Of a DNA stretch of 64,000 bases, positions 28,640 to 37,326 are shown in pieces. The stretch's first letter is position 1; every line of letters starts with the position of its first letter. The stretch lies in the IMG/VR virus record IMGVR_UViG_3300046318_000144, positions 1-64,000 of that record. One strand, written 5' to 3'. The stretch comes from a virus. Under the pieces are notes generated by a model. The model had not been told where the DNA came from. It was given only the letters and a program-made list of their open reading frames with translations, and ran no database searches. Position numbers and translations under genes: made by a program.

Positions 28640-28677
28640 TAGTCACTCACCTTAATTTCGTCATTTTCGATACTCAT
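28639..28677 (-). other. 12-codon upstream ORF (MSIENDEIKVSD) coupled to primase start
   Basis: SD-like GGGAGA 3 nt before ATG 28677; TAA overlaps the primase ATG (TAATG). Confidence 0.4.
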
Positions 28678-28805
28678 AATTCTCCCAAATATGTAGTAAT
28701 AGATTACAGCAAAAGTCGACAAATGTAAAACTTAAGCCAAAAATTTTTAAACTGACCGAAAATAGCTGACCTAACAGCTTGCCGAAATCAGGGCGACCCA
28801 GATGG

Positions 28806-28813
28806 GGTAAAAT
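28806..28813 (+). promoter_or_regulatory. GG-extended -10 promoter (GGTAAAAT)
   Basis: Recurring motif at the head of the plus-strand 28865-31831 unit. Confidence 0.55.
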
Positions 28814-28864
28814 TATAGGAACGAACCTAATCGATTCTCTACACAGTAAGAACTATTATAGACC

Positions 28865-29230
28865 ATGTCAGTGGAACTTATATTAACCATAGCAGCTGTA
28901 ATTACAGCTCTAGGTGTAATCATCGGATCAATTGTGGCTATCTACCGAGTAGCCAGACGCATTGGTGATGCTATCGGCGTTGACCGCTCTGGAAGAACTC
29001 TATCAGAAAGATTAGAGCGAGTAGAGCACCAACTTTGGGAAAATGGTGGAAGCTCGTTGGCTGATAGAGTAAACAACATTGACACTGCAGTTATTAAAAT
29101 TTCAGCAGAAGTAGAGTTCATAAAAAATTTAGTAGTAGCGGCAGCGCAGATTCCAGCTCCGCAAGTCCATCTAGTAGAGGAATCGACGACACAACCAGTA
29201 CGTAAAACACGTGCAAAAAAGGCTAGTTAG
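28865..29230 (+). CDS. Membrane protein (N-terminal TM helix plus coiled coil; holin/lysis-associated-like)
   Basis: Hydrophobic aa 3-27; ENGGSSLAD motif. Confidence 0.55.
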   Translation: MSVELILTIAAVITALGVIIGSIVAIYRVARRIGDAIGVDRSGRTLSERLERVEHQLWENGGSSLADRVNNIDTAVIKISAEVEFIKNLVVAAAQIPAPQVHLVEESTTQPVRKTRAKKAS

Positions 29231-29285
29231 TTTTAGTTTTATACGCTAGAATAAAAAAGACAAATGACATATGAAGGAGTACGGC

Positions 29286-29558
29286 TTGTCCTCTCTATCT
29301 CAGAAGCTTACACAAGCATCGGAAGAGTCATCAACACTACTATGCAAACTGGGTAACTTACTAACTCCAAAAAGTAAGCTTAACAAAGAAGAAAAATCCC
29401 AGCTTCAAGAAATCCTAAACGCCCCTAGTGACGACCCAACGAGAGTGTCAAACTCGACGCTGGCTCAGGTGTTACGGGAAGAGGGTTTTGACATATCAAA
29501 TAGTTCTGTCGATAGACATCGACGAAAAACCTGTTCTTGTTATCGGAAGGTAAAGTAA
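29286..29558 (+). CDS. Small HTH/Zn DNA-binding-like protein
   Basis: AAGGAG SD before TTG 29286; SNSTLAQVLREEGFDISNSSVDRHRRKTCSC. Confidence 0.55.
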   Translation: MSSLSQKLTQASEESSTLLCKLGNLLTPKSKLNKEEKSQLQEILNAPSDDPTRVSNSTLAQVLREEGFDISNSSVDRHRRKTCSCYRKVK

Positions 29559-30752
29559 ATGAGCTTGGGAGAGCGATTAAGTAAACTGGCTAGTCCAGGA
29601 GTTACTGGTTCGGACATTAAAAGTTTAAACATTCCAGAAGATTGGCGTCCAAGAATGGATGTTGATACTTCAAAGGGCGGGTTTGTTATCTCAAAACCCA
29701 GACCATCCGCAGAAATACCAGACGCTACTGCCATCTTAGAAGAGTTTGGGTTGGACCCAAATGACTGGATAGTCTCCTCCATGAGAAGAGGTAAATGGCA
29801 GAAGTATGATGGAGAGTTTTTAGAATCCGTAAGAGTAAATCTAACTCCAGCTGGTGTTAATTATAGGGACCAGTTAGATGCTGAACAACTTATAGATGAA
29901 ATTAAAAAGTGGCGTCCAGAGCGCGGAGTAAAGAGTTCTACAGGAAAAGGTGCATATCTTATTGCACCTAGCGACCAGCAGATTGGTAAGAAGGCTGGAG
30001 ATGGTGGAACTGAACAGTCTATAGAGCGAATCCTTAATCTAACTCAGGGAGCAGTGAATAAGTATGAAAGTTATCGCAAGATTGGTCTCGACATTGGAAC
30101 TATTGTTCTTGCTCTTCCTGGTGACCACGTGGAGGGAATCGTCAGCCAAAATGGACGACTCCAAGGACAAGCAGCCTCGGACTTAGGTCTAACCGAGCAA
30201 GTACGTGTTGCACGTCGTCTATTGATGGCTCAGATTAAAGCGTTTGCTCCACTAGCCGAGAACATGGTTGTTCCAGTAGTAAATGGTAACCACGACGAGG
30301 TAACTCGTCAGGTTGCTGCAGACCCAGCTGACGGTTGGAACGTAGAGATTGCTTCGGCAGTACAAGACGCTTGCGCTGAGAACCCATCACTACAGCACGT
30401 ACAGTTTAGATATCCATCATCTGGACATCAAACATTGGCAGTAGACATCTGCGGCACTACCTTAGGGCTATTTCATGGACATCAGTCACGCGACGCTGTG
30501 AAGTATCTATCAGGACAAGCAGCAGGTCAAACTGCACTTGGTATGGCAGATGTTTGGATCTCTGGACACTTTCACAACTTTACATGTAAAGATATTGGCC
30601 ACCGCCTATGGGTACAAGCTCCTACCACCGATCCTGGATCAGATTGGTATAGAGACTTTTCTGGAATGCAATCTAAGCCAGGACTATTGACTATGGTTTT
30701 AGGTGGAGACTTTGACCCACGAGAATTTATTAACGTACTCCCGACTAAGTAG
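29559..30752 (+). CDS. Calcineurin-like metallophosphoesterase
   Basis: SDQQIGK, GDHVEG, GNHD, HGH, GHFH motifs. Confidence 0.85.
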   Translation: MSLGERLSKLASPGVTGSDIKSLNIPEDWRPRMDVDTSKGGFVISKPRPSAEIPDATAILEEFGLDPNDWIVSSMRRGKWQKYDGEFLESVRVNLTPAGVNYRDQLDAEQLIDEIKKWRPERGVKSSTGKGAYLIAPSDQQIGKKAGDGGTEQSIERILNLTQGAVNKYESYRKIGLDIGTIVLALPGDHVEGIVSQNGRLQGQAASDLGLTEQVRVARRLLMAQIKAFAPLAENMVVPVVNGNHDEVTRQVAADPADGWNVEIASAVQDACAENPSLQHVQFRYPSSGHQTLAVDICGTTLGLFHGHQSRDAVKYLSGQAAGQTALGMADVWISGHFHNFTCKDIGHRLWVQAPTTDPGSDWYRDFSGMQSKPGLLTMVLGGDFDPREFINVLPTK

Positions 30753-30757
30753 GAATT

Positions 30758-31831
30758 ATGAAAATAGCTGTATATACAATTGCATTAAATGAAGAGCAGT
30801 TTGTTCAATCATGGTTTGACAGTGCTAAAGAAGCTGACTATCTGTTAATAGCTGATACAGGTTCTACCGATAAAACTGTAAAGAAAGCTAAAGCCCTCGG
30901 GATTAATGTAATCAATGTTGTAGTAAAGCCTTGGCGATTTGATATGGCTAGAAATGCTTCATTAGCAGCTATACCAGCTGATATAGATTACTGTATTGCT
31001 TTAGATATGGATGAAGTACTGCTACCAGGGTGGAGAGAAGAGCTCGAAAAAGCGTTATCTCAGGGAGCAACCAGACCTAGATACCAGTACACATGGTCCT
31101 GGGAAGATGAAGAAAAGGGCATACCTGGACTTCAATACGGCGGAGATAAGATCCATGCTAGAAATGGCTATAGATGGAAGCACCCAGTGCATGAGGTACT
31201 GACATCTTACGGTGACTTGCAAGAGACCCAGGTTTGGGTTGACCTAGAGATACACCACCACCCAGATAACTCAAAGTCTAGATCCCAGTACATGCCGCTG
31301 CTAGCGCAGGCTGTAGCTGAGGATTTATCAGACGATAGAAATGCTTTCTACTATGCTAGAGAGCTGTACTTCTACGGAATGTATGAAGATGCTATCAAAG
31401 AATTTAACAGACACTTACAGTTACCGAGAGCAGTTTGGCCTCCAGAGAGAGCAGCATCTATGCGATATCTTGGTAAAATTTATGAGACCTACGGTAATTT
31501 TGAAGAAGCTAAACTCTGGTATACCCGCGCTGTAGAACAATCTCCAGGGCGTAGAGAGCCTTTTGTAGATTTAGCTAAGCACTATTATGCCGTCCGCGAC
31601 TGGGAAAACTGCCTAAAAGCCTCGGAGGCTGCGTTAGAGATTCAAGAAAAACCATTAGAATACTTATGCGAAGCTGAGTCTTGGGGAGCACTGCCTTACG
31701 ATTTGGCAGCACTATCTTGCTATAACCTTGGCAATAATCCTAAGGCTTTGGAGTATAACGAAGAAGCTCTTAAATTAGATCCAAGTAATCTAAGACTTAT
31801 AGAAAACCATCAGTTTTATTCTGCCGATTAG
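30758..31831 (+). CDS. GT2 glycosyltransferase with C-terminal TPRs (SunS/SgtA-like protein O-glycosyltransferase architecture)
   Basis: IALNEE, DTGSTD, FDMARN, LDMDE, VHEVL, then TPR helices. Confidence 0.88.
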   Translation: MKIAVYTIALNEEQFVQSWFDSAKEADYLLIADTGSTDKTVKKAKALGINVINVVVKPWRFDMARNASLAAIPADIDYCIALDMDEVLLPGWREELEKALSQGATRPRYQYTWSWEDEEKGIPGLQYGGDKIHARNGYRWKHPVHEVLTSYGDLQETQVWVDLEIHHHPDNSKSRSQYMPLLAQAVAEDLSDDRNAFYYARELYFYGMYEDAIKEFNRHLQLPRAVWPPERAASMRYLGKIYETYGNFEEAKLWYTRAVEQSPGRREPFVDLAKHYYAVRDWENCLKASEAALEIQEKPLEYLCEAESWGALPYDLAALSCYNLGNNPKALEYNEEALKLDPSNLRLIENHQFYSAD

Positions 31832-32318
31832 ATTTACGTAAAGCTTCTATTTCTTTTCTATTACGTGATACTTTTTCAGCCCACTGAGCTTTATAGACAT
31901 CAATAGCATTAGCACTTGTCCTGCTCTGCCATGTAAAATCACATATTGAACATTCGACTACTCTCATGGTTGCCCATCGACCACCACCAGGTCTATCAAC
32001 AGTCTTAGTCATTAAATCCAAAGTACTGGCTGCGCATAGCGGACATCTTGGAGGTTTAATCCTTCTAACTTCTTGACCTTCCCAGTTGACAGATAGAGTC
32101 TTTTTTATTTCTCTCTCATCATTTCCGCCCCACACTCCCCATATTTGTTTATTTTCGAGAGCCCAGTTTAGACAAGCATCTTGCACTGGGCATTTAAAAC
32201 ACAACTCTTTGGCTGCTAACTTATCACTAATTTTATTAGAGAAAAATAATTCCATTTTGTCATTATTCTCTGACTTGGCGCATTCAGCACTATCGCCCCA
32301 ACTAGGGTCATATATCAT
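31797..32318 (-). CDS. whiB: WhiB-family Fe-S transcription factor with C-terminal Zn ribbon
   Basis: C..LFFS..AKELCFKCPVQDACL..WGVWGG; then CPLC...CSIC. Confidence 0.88.
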   Translation of the reverse strand: MIYDPSWGDSAECAKSENNDKMELFFSNKISDKLAAKELCFKCPVQDACLNWALENKQIWGVWGGNDEREIKKTLSVNWEGQEVRRIKPPRCPLCAASTLDLMTKTVDRPGGGRWATMRVVECSICDFTWQSRTSANAIDVYKAQWAEKVSRNRKEIEALRKSNRQNKTDGFL

Positions 32319-32665
32319 AGTGGTGATACCTCTACCATAGTGATTGCAAGTACCTCATCTACGGTATCCCCCGAATGAGTAAGACCATCTGCGTCACATA
32401 TAGTTAGAACTACGTCACCATCTATATATCCAGCATACGTCTGCGAGCTGTGACCAGTATCAACCATAATAAATCCCTGGTTGAGAGACGATGCAGAACC
32501 ACTTCGCTGTATTGAAGAAGCTAATGCCCTTCGTACAATTTCATTTTCCATATCAATATGCTCTTCGGTGTAAAAAACTAAGCTATTGTCTGGATATAGA
32601 GTTTGATCAAAATTATAGCCGTCCCACTCTAGCCAGAGTGCTTCGCCTTTTCTAGAATCTTTCAT
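32315..32665 (-). CDS. Hypothetical protein
   Basis: 116-aa ORF, ATGA overlap with whiB. Confidence 0.65.
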   Translation of the reverse strand: MKDSRKGEALWLEWDGYNFDQTLYPDNSLVFYTEEHIDMENEIVRRALASSIQRSGSASSLNQGFIMVDTGHSSQTYAGYIDGDVVLTICDADGLTHSGDTVDEVLAITMVEVSPL

Positions 32666-32724
32666 AGAAAGATTTTATCTTGACTATTCAAATAATATAC
32701 GAAAAATACCGTTAATTACAAAAG

Positions 32725-33213
32725 TTATACAGGCCAAATATATTCGTAAGTTTCTGGACGTACTCCAGTATCTTCAGGCCACTTAAACTGTGAATACCAC
32801 TCATAGTCTTTATTTAGTAGCGCAGTTCTATGGCTAGATGCTATGAGTGAGAAGTCATTCATATTTGACATCCAGTATGGGTTTGTTGTTGGACGTGAGA
32901 GTAGCTCGAGTTCTATAGCACGCGCGATAGTTGCTTTTGCTTTATCACCAATAGTGGACTTATAGCCACGACGCTTCCACTCAGTAACCATTGCTTGGAT
33001 ATATAGATACAAAGTCATCTCATGCCCGCGCCACATTTTTACAGCTGGATGATTTACCCAACCTTTGGGGATACGATGATTTCCCTGAGGATCTAGCTCA
33101 AGTAGGGTCATTAGGATTTGCCAGCCTTCAAGGGCTTGCTTGTTGAGACGGGCACGGTCTAGCGTGCGAGCGATGTCGTCAAAAGACGAAGTAAGCGGTA
33201 CAAATGTTTGCAT
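32725..33213 (-). CDS. Pyrimidine-dimer DNA glycosylase/DenV-like protein (MSMEG_6728 family)
   Basis: MQTFVP..LD..RLNKQ..E..QIL..GWVNHPAVKMWRGHE..EWKRRGY. Confidence 0.8.
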   Translation of the reverse strand: MQTFVPLTSSFDDIARTLDRARLNKQALEGWQILMTLLELDPQGNHRIPKGWVNHPAVKMWRGHEMTLYLYIQAMVTEWKRRGYKSTIGDKAKATIARAIELELLSRPTTNPYWMSNMNDFSLIASSHRTALLNKDYEWYSQFKWPEDTGVRPETYEYIWPV

Positions 33214-33248
33214 ATAAACACTGTACCGCTTACTTTTTATTTTGTCAA
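33214..33248 (-). promoter_or_regulatory. Consensus sigmaA promoter, leaderless
   Basis: TTGACA-17 nt-TACAGT-6 nt-ATG(33213). Confidence 0.75.
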
Positions 33249-33251
33249 GTA

Positions 33252-33509
33252 TTAAAGAGAATATGTTGTAGTGATTGAGGGTGGTCGTACAACCGAGTTC
33301 TTAAGGTTAGCCTGAGCAGTGATTTGATATAGGTTATCACCACTAGCTACAGTTTCTTCAAAACTATTGGTTACTGACATTTCTAAGTCCAACATAACTT
33401 TAGCATCTTCAACACTAACCATAAGAAATTTACTAGCTTCTACATATACAGACTCTTTAGCAGACACTAAATCATTCGCATAAACTGTTAGTTTAAAATG
33501 TACTCTCAT
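33252..33509 (-). CDS. Hypothetical protein
   Basis: 85-aa ORF, TAATG coupling. Confidence 0.6.
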   Translation of the reverse strand: MRVHFKLTVYANDLVSAKESVYVEASKFLMVSVEDAKVMLDLEMSVTNSFEETVASGDNLYQITAQANLKNSVVRPPSITTTYSL

Positions 33510-33937
33510 TACTTAACTCGCTTCTCTAATTTGTATGGGGAGTAGTGGGTACCACTCAGGTCTGGTTTCTTTCCATCAGTTGACTTAAAAATTACGTCAC
33601 CATATCGAATAGCAATAACCTTACCTCGTCTACCGTTATGTAGAACCCCAGTCTTGTCAGAGAAGGCATCCAGTAACACTCTTACCTCGTCACCTACGTT
33701 AATCTGCCCAGGCTGAGCCTGAACCCACACTTCCTCAGTGGCTGAATCTTCTGGAGCAATGATGGCAGTGCTTAATGCTAATTTGCAGAATACATTTATA
33801 ACGTCCTTAGACATTTTTTCGGAGAGTGGCATCTCTTCCCATGTCTCCAGCAGTTTTAGTACGGCATTGCCAGCACCTATCTTTACACCAGCTTCTGTAA
33901 GCTGTTGCTTTACCCATTCATAATTTACTTCTGGCAT
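33509..33937 (-). CDS. Hypothetical protein with C-terminal SH3-like beta barrel
   Basis: INVGDEVRV..HNGRRGKVIAIRYGDVI; SD present. Confidence 0.6.
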   Translation of the reverse strand: MPEVNYEWVKQQLTEAGVKIGAGNAVLKLLETWEEMPLSEKMSKDVINVFCKLALSTAIIAPEDSATEEVWVQAQPGQINVGDEVRVLLDAFSDKTGVLHNGRRGKVIAIRYGDVIFKSTDGKKPDLSGTHYSPYKLEKRVK

Positions 33938-34951
33938 TTATTCTCCTAGATTGATTAGATTGTTTAGTTTTTTTATGGAGTCTTCGTACTTTGAGATGGA
34001 AGATAGATACGTTAATTTCTGCTCTAGAGAAATTAAATGTCTTTGATATTGATCCATGGTCTCAAGTGTTGAAGCTAAAATACCCCACTGCGGAGATACC
34101 GACTGAGCTTCCCTCCACTCAGTAACTACAGGCGTGTGCGTATTCATTGAGTGGACATACAAGAATGACCACCAAGTACCCCCACCACGCTTCTGAGGGG
34201 GGATTAGAGCACCAATTGCACCAGTTAGTGCCTCTACTGTGTCAGAGTCACCATGAGCCTTTGATGGCCTTATAGGCAGTACTTTTGATTCAATAGTTTT
34301 AGATACTGATAGCACCCACGGATTACTAGGGTCATCGGATAGAAAGGTATTCTGCCTATCTACTGGATTACTAAATGACTTAATAATGTACTTTTCATCA
34401 AAATTAAAACCAACTAATGAGCTCATAGCTCCTGGTGGAAGATTAGCTACGATAGATTTCTCGTCTGACCACGGCAACTCTGGGTAGACTGTCTTAGGCC
34501 ACTCCATAGTTAGAAGCTTATTGCAGGCAGACACTAACTTAGCTAGGTTCTTAGGATTACAGGCTAAGACATACTGGTATCTTTTTTGGTTAAATTCTTT
34601 AATTAACTGGTCTGGATTAGACACTATAGTTTTTAGACTTGGCTCTATAAGCCAATATTGCTGGGTATCAACTACTAAATTTAATTTTTCAGATGAAAAC
34701 ATTAAATCAATAACATTTAAGGCCCCGTATGACCTGTGAGCGCTCACGCTAGTAGGTGGCATAACTCCAACAAAAATAGAGTCATATGTTTCTAGATAGT
34801 CTTTATCCCAATTTATGTCAGAAACAATCCAGCTCACGTCATGCCCAGCACTAGTTAGAGCTTCGTGTAGAGCTCCAAAAAATCCGAATGTCTTAGCATG
34901 AACTTTACTCGATGTATGTGCAGAAGACATACCTGTTAGCAAGATTTTCAT
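33938..34951 (-). CDS. GT-B fold glycosyltransferase, T4 beta-glucosyltransferase-like (tentative)
   Basis: MKILLTG..LHEALTSAGHDV..YDSIFVG; C-terminal AIGALIP...WWS..VHSMNTHTPVV. Confidence 0.5.
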   Translation of the reverse strand: MKILLTGMSSAHTSSKVHAKTFGFFGALHEALTSAGHDVSWIVSDINWDKDYLETYDSIFVGVMPPTSVSAHRSYGALNVIDLMFSSEKLNLVVDTQQYWLIEPSLKTIVSNPDQLIKEFNQKRYQYVLACNPKNLAKLVSACNKLLTMEWPKTVYPELPWSDEKSIVANLPPGAMSSLVGFNFDEKYIIKSFSNPVDRQNTFLSDDPSNPWVLSVSKTIESKVLPIRPSKAHGDSDTVEALTGAIGALIPPQKRGGGTWWSFLYVHSMNTHTPVVTEWREAQSVSPQWGILASTLETMDQYQRHLISLEQKLTYLSSISKYEDSIKKLNNLINLGE

Positions 34952-34979
34952 AAATAAATCCTATCTTAAATATTTGTAA

Positions 34980-35006
34980 AGGGGGACACCAAAAAGGTGT
35001 CCCCCT
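34980..35006 (-). terminator. GC-rich hairpin (probable terminator) after SSB gene
   Basis: AGGGGGACACC-aaaaa-GGTGTCCCCCT 11-bp stem. Confidence 0.65.
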
Positions 35007-35018
35007 CCAACATTCGAC

Positions 35019-35600
35019 TTAGAATGGAGCTTCGTCAGTCGAGAGTGCAACTGCAGGAGCAGGAGCTGGAGCCACTGCAGGAGCAGGAGCTGGAGCTGGA
35101 GCTGGAGCAGGTGCAGCAGCTACAGGAGCTGCAGCAGGGGCTGGTGCAGGGGCTGGAGCGGCAGCAGCTACAGGAGCTGCAGCAGCTGATGGTGCAACGA
35201 GAGGGAAGTAATCCTTAATCTCGTTACGCTTCTGACCCTGCCAGGTACGAGAACCAATACGTCCACGGAAAGGACGGTTCAAAAGAGCCGCCTCAATCTG
35301 TGCATTAGTAGGGTTCTGGTCGAAGTAGCTACGTGGTAGTCCAAGAGCTTCCATCTTCTTAAAGAAGATAGCGAGTGCAGTAGAGTTGCCAGTGCTTACT
35401 ACTAGGTTGTCCCAGATGAGACGCTTGTTGTGCGCTCCACCCTGAACTTCAGCCTTCACAGAGAACATCTGCTTGCCTGACTGAGATAGCTTTGAAGAAG
35501 CTTCCAAGACCTTTAGGTCATAGTCGCCATCTGGAAGAGGCTCGTAAGAGCTTGTCTCTCCAGCTTCCTTGATGATGTCGCTCCAATTGAGTGAACTCAT
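35019..35600 (-). CDS. DUF669-like single-stranded DNA-binding protein
   Basis: YEPLPDGDY..SQSGKQM..IWDNL..RNEIK; Ala/Pro linker and acidic-aromatic tail DEAPF. Confidence 0.75.
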   Translation of the reverse strand: MSSLNWSDIIKEAGETSSYEPLPDGDYDLKVLEASSKLSQSGKQMFSVKAEVQGGAHNKRLIWDNLVVSTGNSTALAIFFKKMEALGLPRSYFDQNPTNAQIEAALLNRPFRGRIGSRTWQGQKRNEIKDYFPLVAPSAAAAPVAAAAPAPAPAPAAAPVAAAPAPAPAPAPAPAVAPAPAPAVALSTDEAPF

Positions 35601-35614
35601 AGTTTTTCTAGCTC

Positions 35615-36388
35615 CTAACTAGTTTGTTTGGTTTGTTTTGGTTGGGTTTTAGGCTTCTCACCGAATACCATATCTAGCATTCGTTCGATACCTAAGTCTT
35701 GCTGCTCGACAATTTTGCCGAGTCGTCCTTGCACGCGCTCTCCAGCTTCGTATTCTGTAGTTCGTTCTACATACATACGGCGAACCTTATAAGGTGGCTG
35801 CATTGGATCTGGGTTTGGAACTGTTTCCACAGTTACCGCTCCAAGAATGTCGTAGAAGTATGGTGCTTGAATTGCAAGCTGACCCTGTAGGTAAGGACGG
35901 TATACGCCATCCTGACCCTTACGAGCCATTGCGGTCAACACTACAGCCTCTAGAGGCTGAGTTGGGTGCATCGTTAGGTCACGGAGGTCACGAAGTAGTG
36001 CACCCATGTGGCGAAGTAGCTCGCCCCACTGCTGCATCTTCATCTGCTCTGTGCCAGCGATGTTGTCCATGCACTTCACCTGCAACTCCGAAATGGAGTC
36101 GATGATGAGGGACTTGAACTGGTGTTTTCCAGTCTGAAGCCATTGGAATGCCTTTAGAACAACGTCATAGTCACGTACATTGACTACAACAGTGTCCCAG
36201 GTTCCATCAGCAACTGGAGGCTCTTCGCGGATAGGGTCCCAGTACTTAACCGTAATTGGTAAGAAGCGGTGACCGCCTTCCACATCGAGCATTAGGCGTG
36301 GGTACGGTGCTGTTACTGCCAAGGTTGATTTACCAACTTTGGATTCGCCATAGACCATTAGTGTCAAACTGCGTAGTACATCAGACAT
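35615..36388 (-). CDS. AAA_24/Sak4-like ATPase (RecA-like recombinase)
   Basis: YGESKVGKST, LDVEGG, IIDSISE. Confidence 0.8.
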   Translation of the reverse strand: MSDVLRSLTLMVYGESKVGKSTLAVTAPYPRLMLDVEGGHRFLPITVKYWDPIREEPPVADGTWDTVVVNVRDYDVVLKAFQWLQTGKHQFKSLIIDSISELQVKCMDNIAGTEQMKMQQWGELLRHMGALLRDLRDLTMHPTQPLEAVVLTAMARKGQDGVYRPYLQGQLAIQAPYFYDILGAVTVETVPNPDPMQPPYKVRRMYVERTTEYEAGERVQGRLGKIVEQQDLGIERMLDMVFGEKPKTQPKQTKQTS

Positions 36389-37326
36389 TACTCACTTCCT
36401 TTCTTCTCTGTGTTGTTGTAATAACCGTAAGGGTCGGCGACCTCAAACGCATCGCTAATCGCTGCTTCAGCTGCCGAACCATCGTCAACTAGCGGGCAAA
36501 TAGCGAAGAATGGACACTTCCACTTACAGTCTCTACTGGGGCGTGGATAGGCTACTAGTTGGTGGCTAATTCCATCATCTAGAGCCTTACGAACGTTCAT
36601 GAGGTCACTGATAGTGCCAGTGAGACGCTGCCAGAACGCACGTAGTGCAAAAATATTGTGTCTAACTTCAATCTGCTGGTAGAACGGTGGTCGAGCACTA
36701 GCAGAGCGCTTTACTTTGCGAAGCATAGTAAAGATACCACCATCAGAGCGTTCACCCTCCTTGTTCTGAGCAGCTTCTAGGGTCATATAAGTTAGAATCT
36801 GCTCATTCATGTGGGCAGTAGAACCAAAGTCAGCAAATGAGCCACCAACGGTTTTAAAGTCACGGAATAGTCGAGCACCATCAGCCTTACGACGAACACG
36901 CATGTCGATCTTACCTTGTAGCTCAACCGACCCATCCAGCATAGGCATGGAGATAATCTCCTCATTAGAGATACGCTCTAGCTCGATGTCGATACCCTCG
37001 TCCTCTACCCACTCTAGATATCCATCCAGCATTAGGTGTCCGAGCTCAGCCTCTGAGTCTAAGTCAGATGTATCACGATAAGCATCCATGAGAAGCTTTC
37101 GGTCATTAGCAACCAGCTGAGAGTGGACCTCTAGTAGGTCTACAGTCATATCAGACGAGTAGTACTGGTCTAGAGCCTCGTGAACACGAGAACCTAGAGC
37201 AAGAGCACCAGTGTAGTCTTTTTGCTTTGGCTGAAGTCGTCGATAGTAAACAAACCACCAGCGGCGACGGCAATCTTTAAATGTTTGGATCTCTGAATTA
37301 GAGATGCGAATTGGTTCTGTTGTCAT
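36388..37326 (-). CDS. PD-(D/E)XK (RecB/Cas4-like) exonuclease
   Basis: SNSEI.TFKDCRRRW, GSRVHEAL, GKID, DFKT, Q...Y, CKWKCPF...C. Confidence 0.85.
   Translation of the reverse strand: MTTEPIRISNSEIQTFKDCRRRWWFVYYRRLQPKQKDYTGALALGSRVHEALDQYYSSDMTVDLLEVHSQLVANDRKLLMDAYRDTSDLDSEAELGHLMLDGYLEWVEDEGIDIELERISNEEIISMPMLDGSVELQGKIDMRVRRKADGARLFRDFKTVGGSFADFGSTAHMNEQILTYMTLEAAQNKEGERSDGGIFTMLRKVKRSASARPPFYQQIEVRHNIFALRAFWQRLTGTISDLMNVRKALDDGISHQLVAYPRPSRDCKWKCPFFAICPLVDDGSAAEAAISDAFEVADPYGYYNNTEKKGSE

Noticed and set aside
28680-28860. Possible replication origin or tRNA in the divergent intergenic region
   Set aside because: No iterons or cloverleaf visible; content explained by two divergent promoters
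35045-35195. GCAGGAGCTGGA-type tandem repeats
   Set aside because: Simply encode the Ala/Pro linker of the SSB-like protein
36388-37326. CRISPR-Cas association of the Cas4-like nuclease; collagen repeats as a CRISPR array
   Set aside because: No repeat-spacer array or other cas genes; standard phage recombination exonuclease context; repeats are coding
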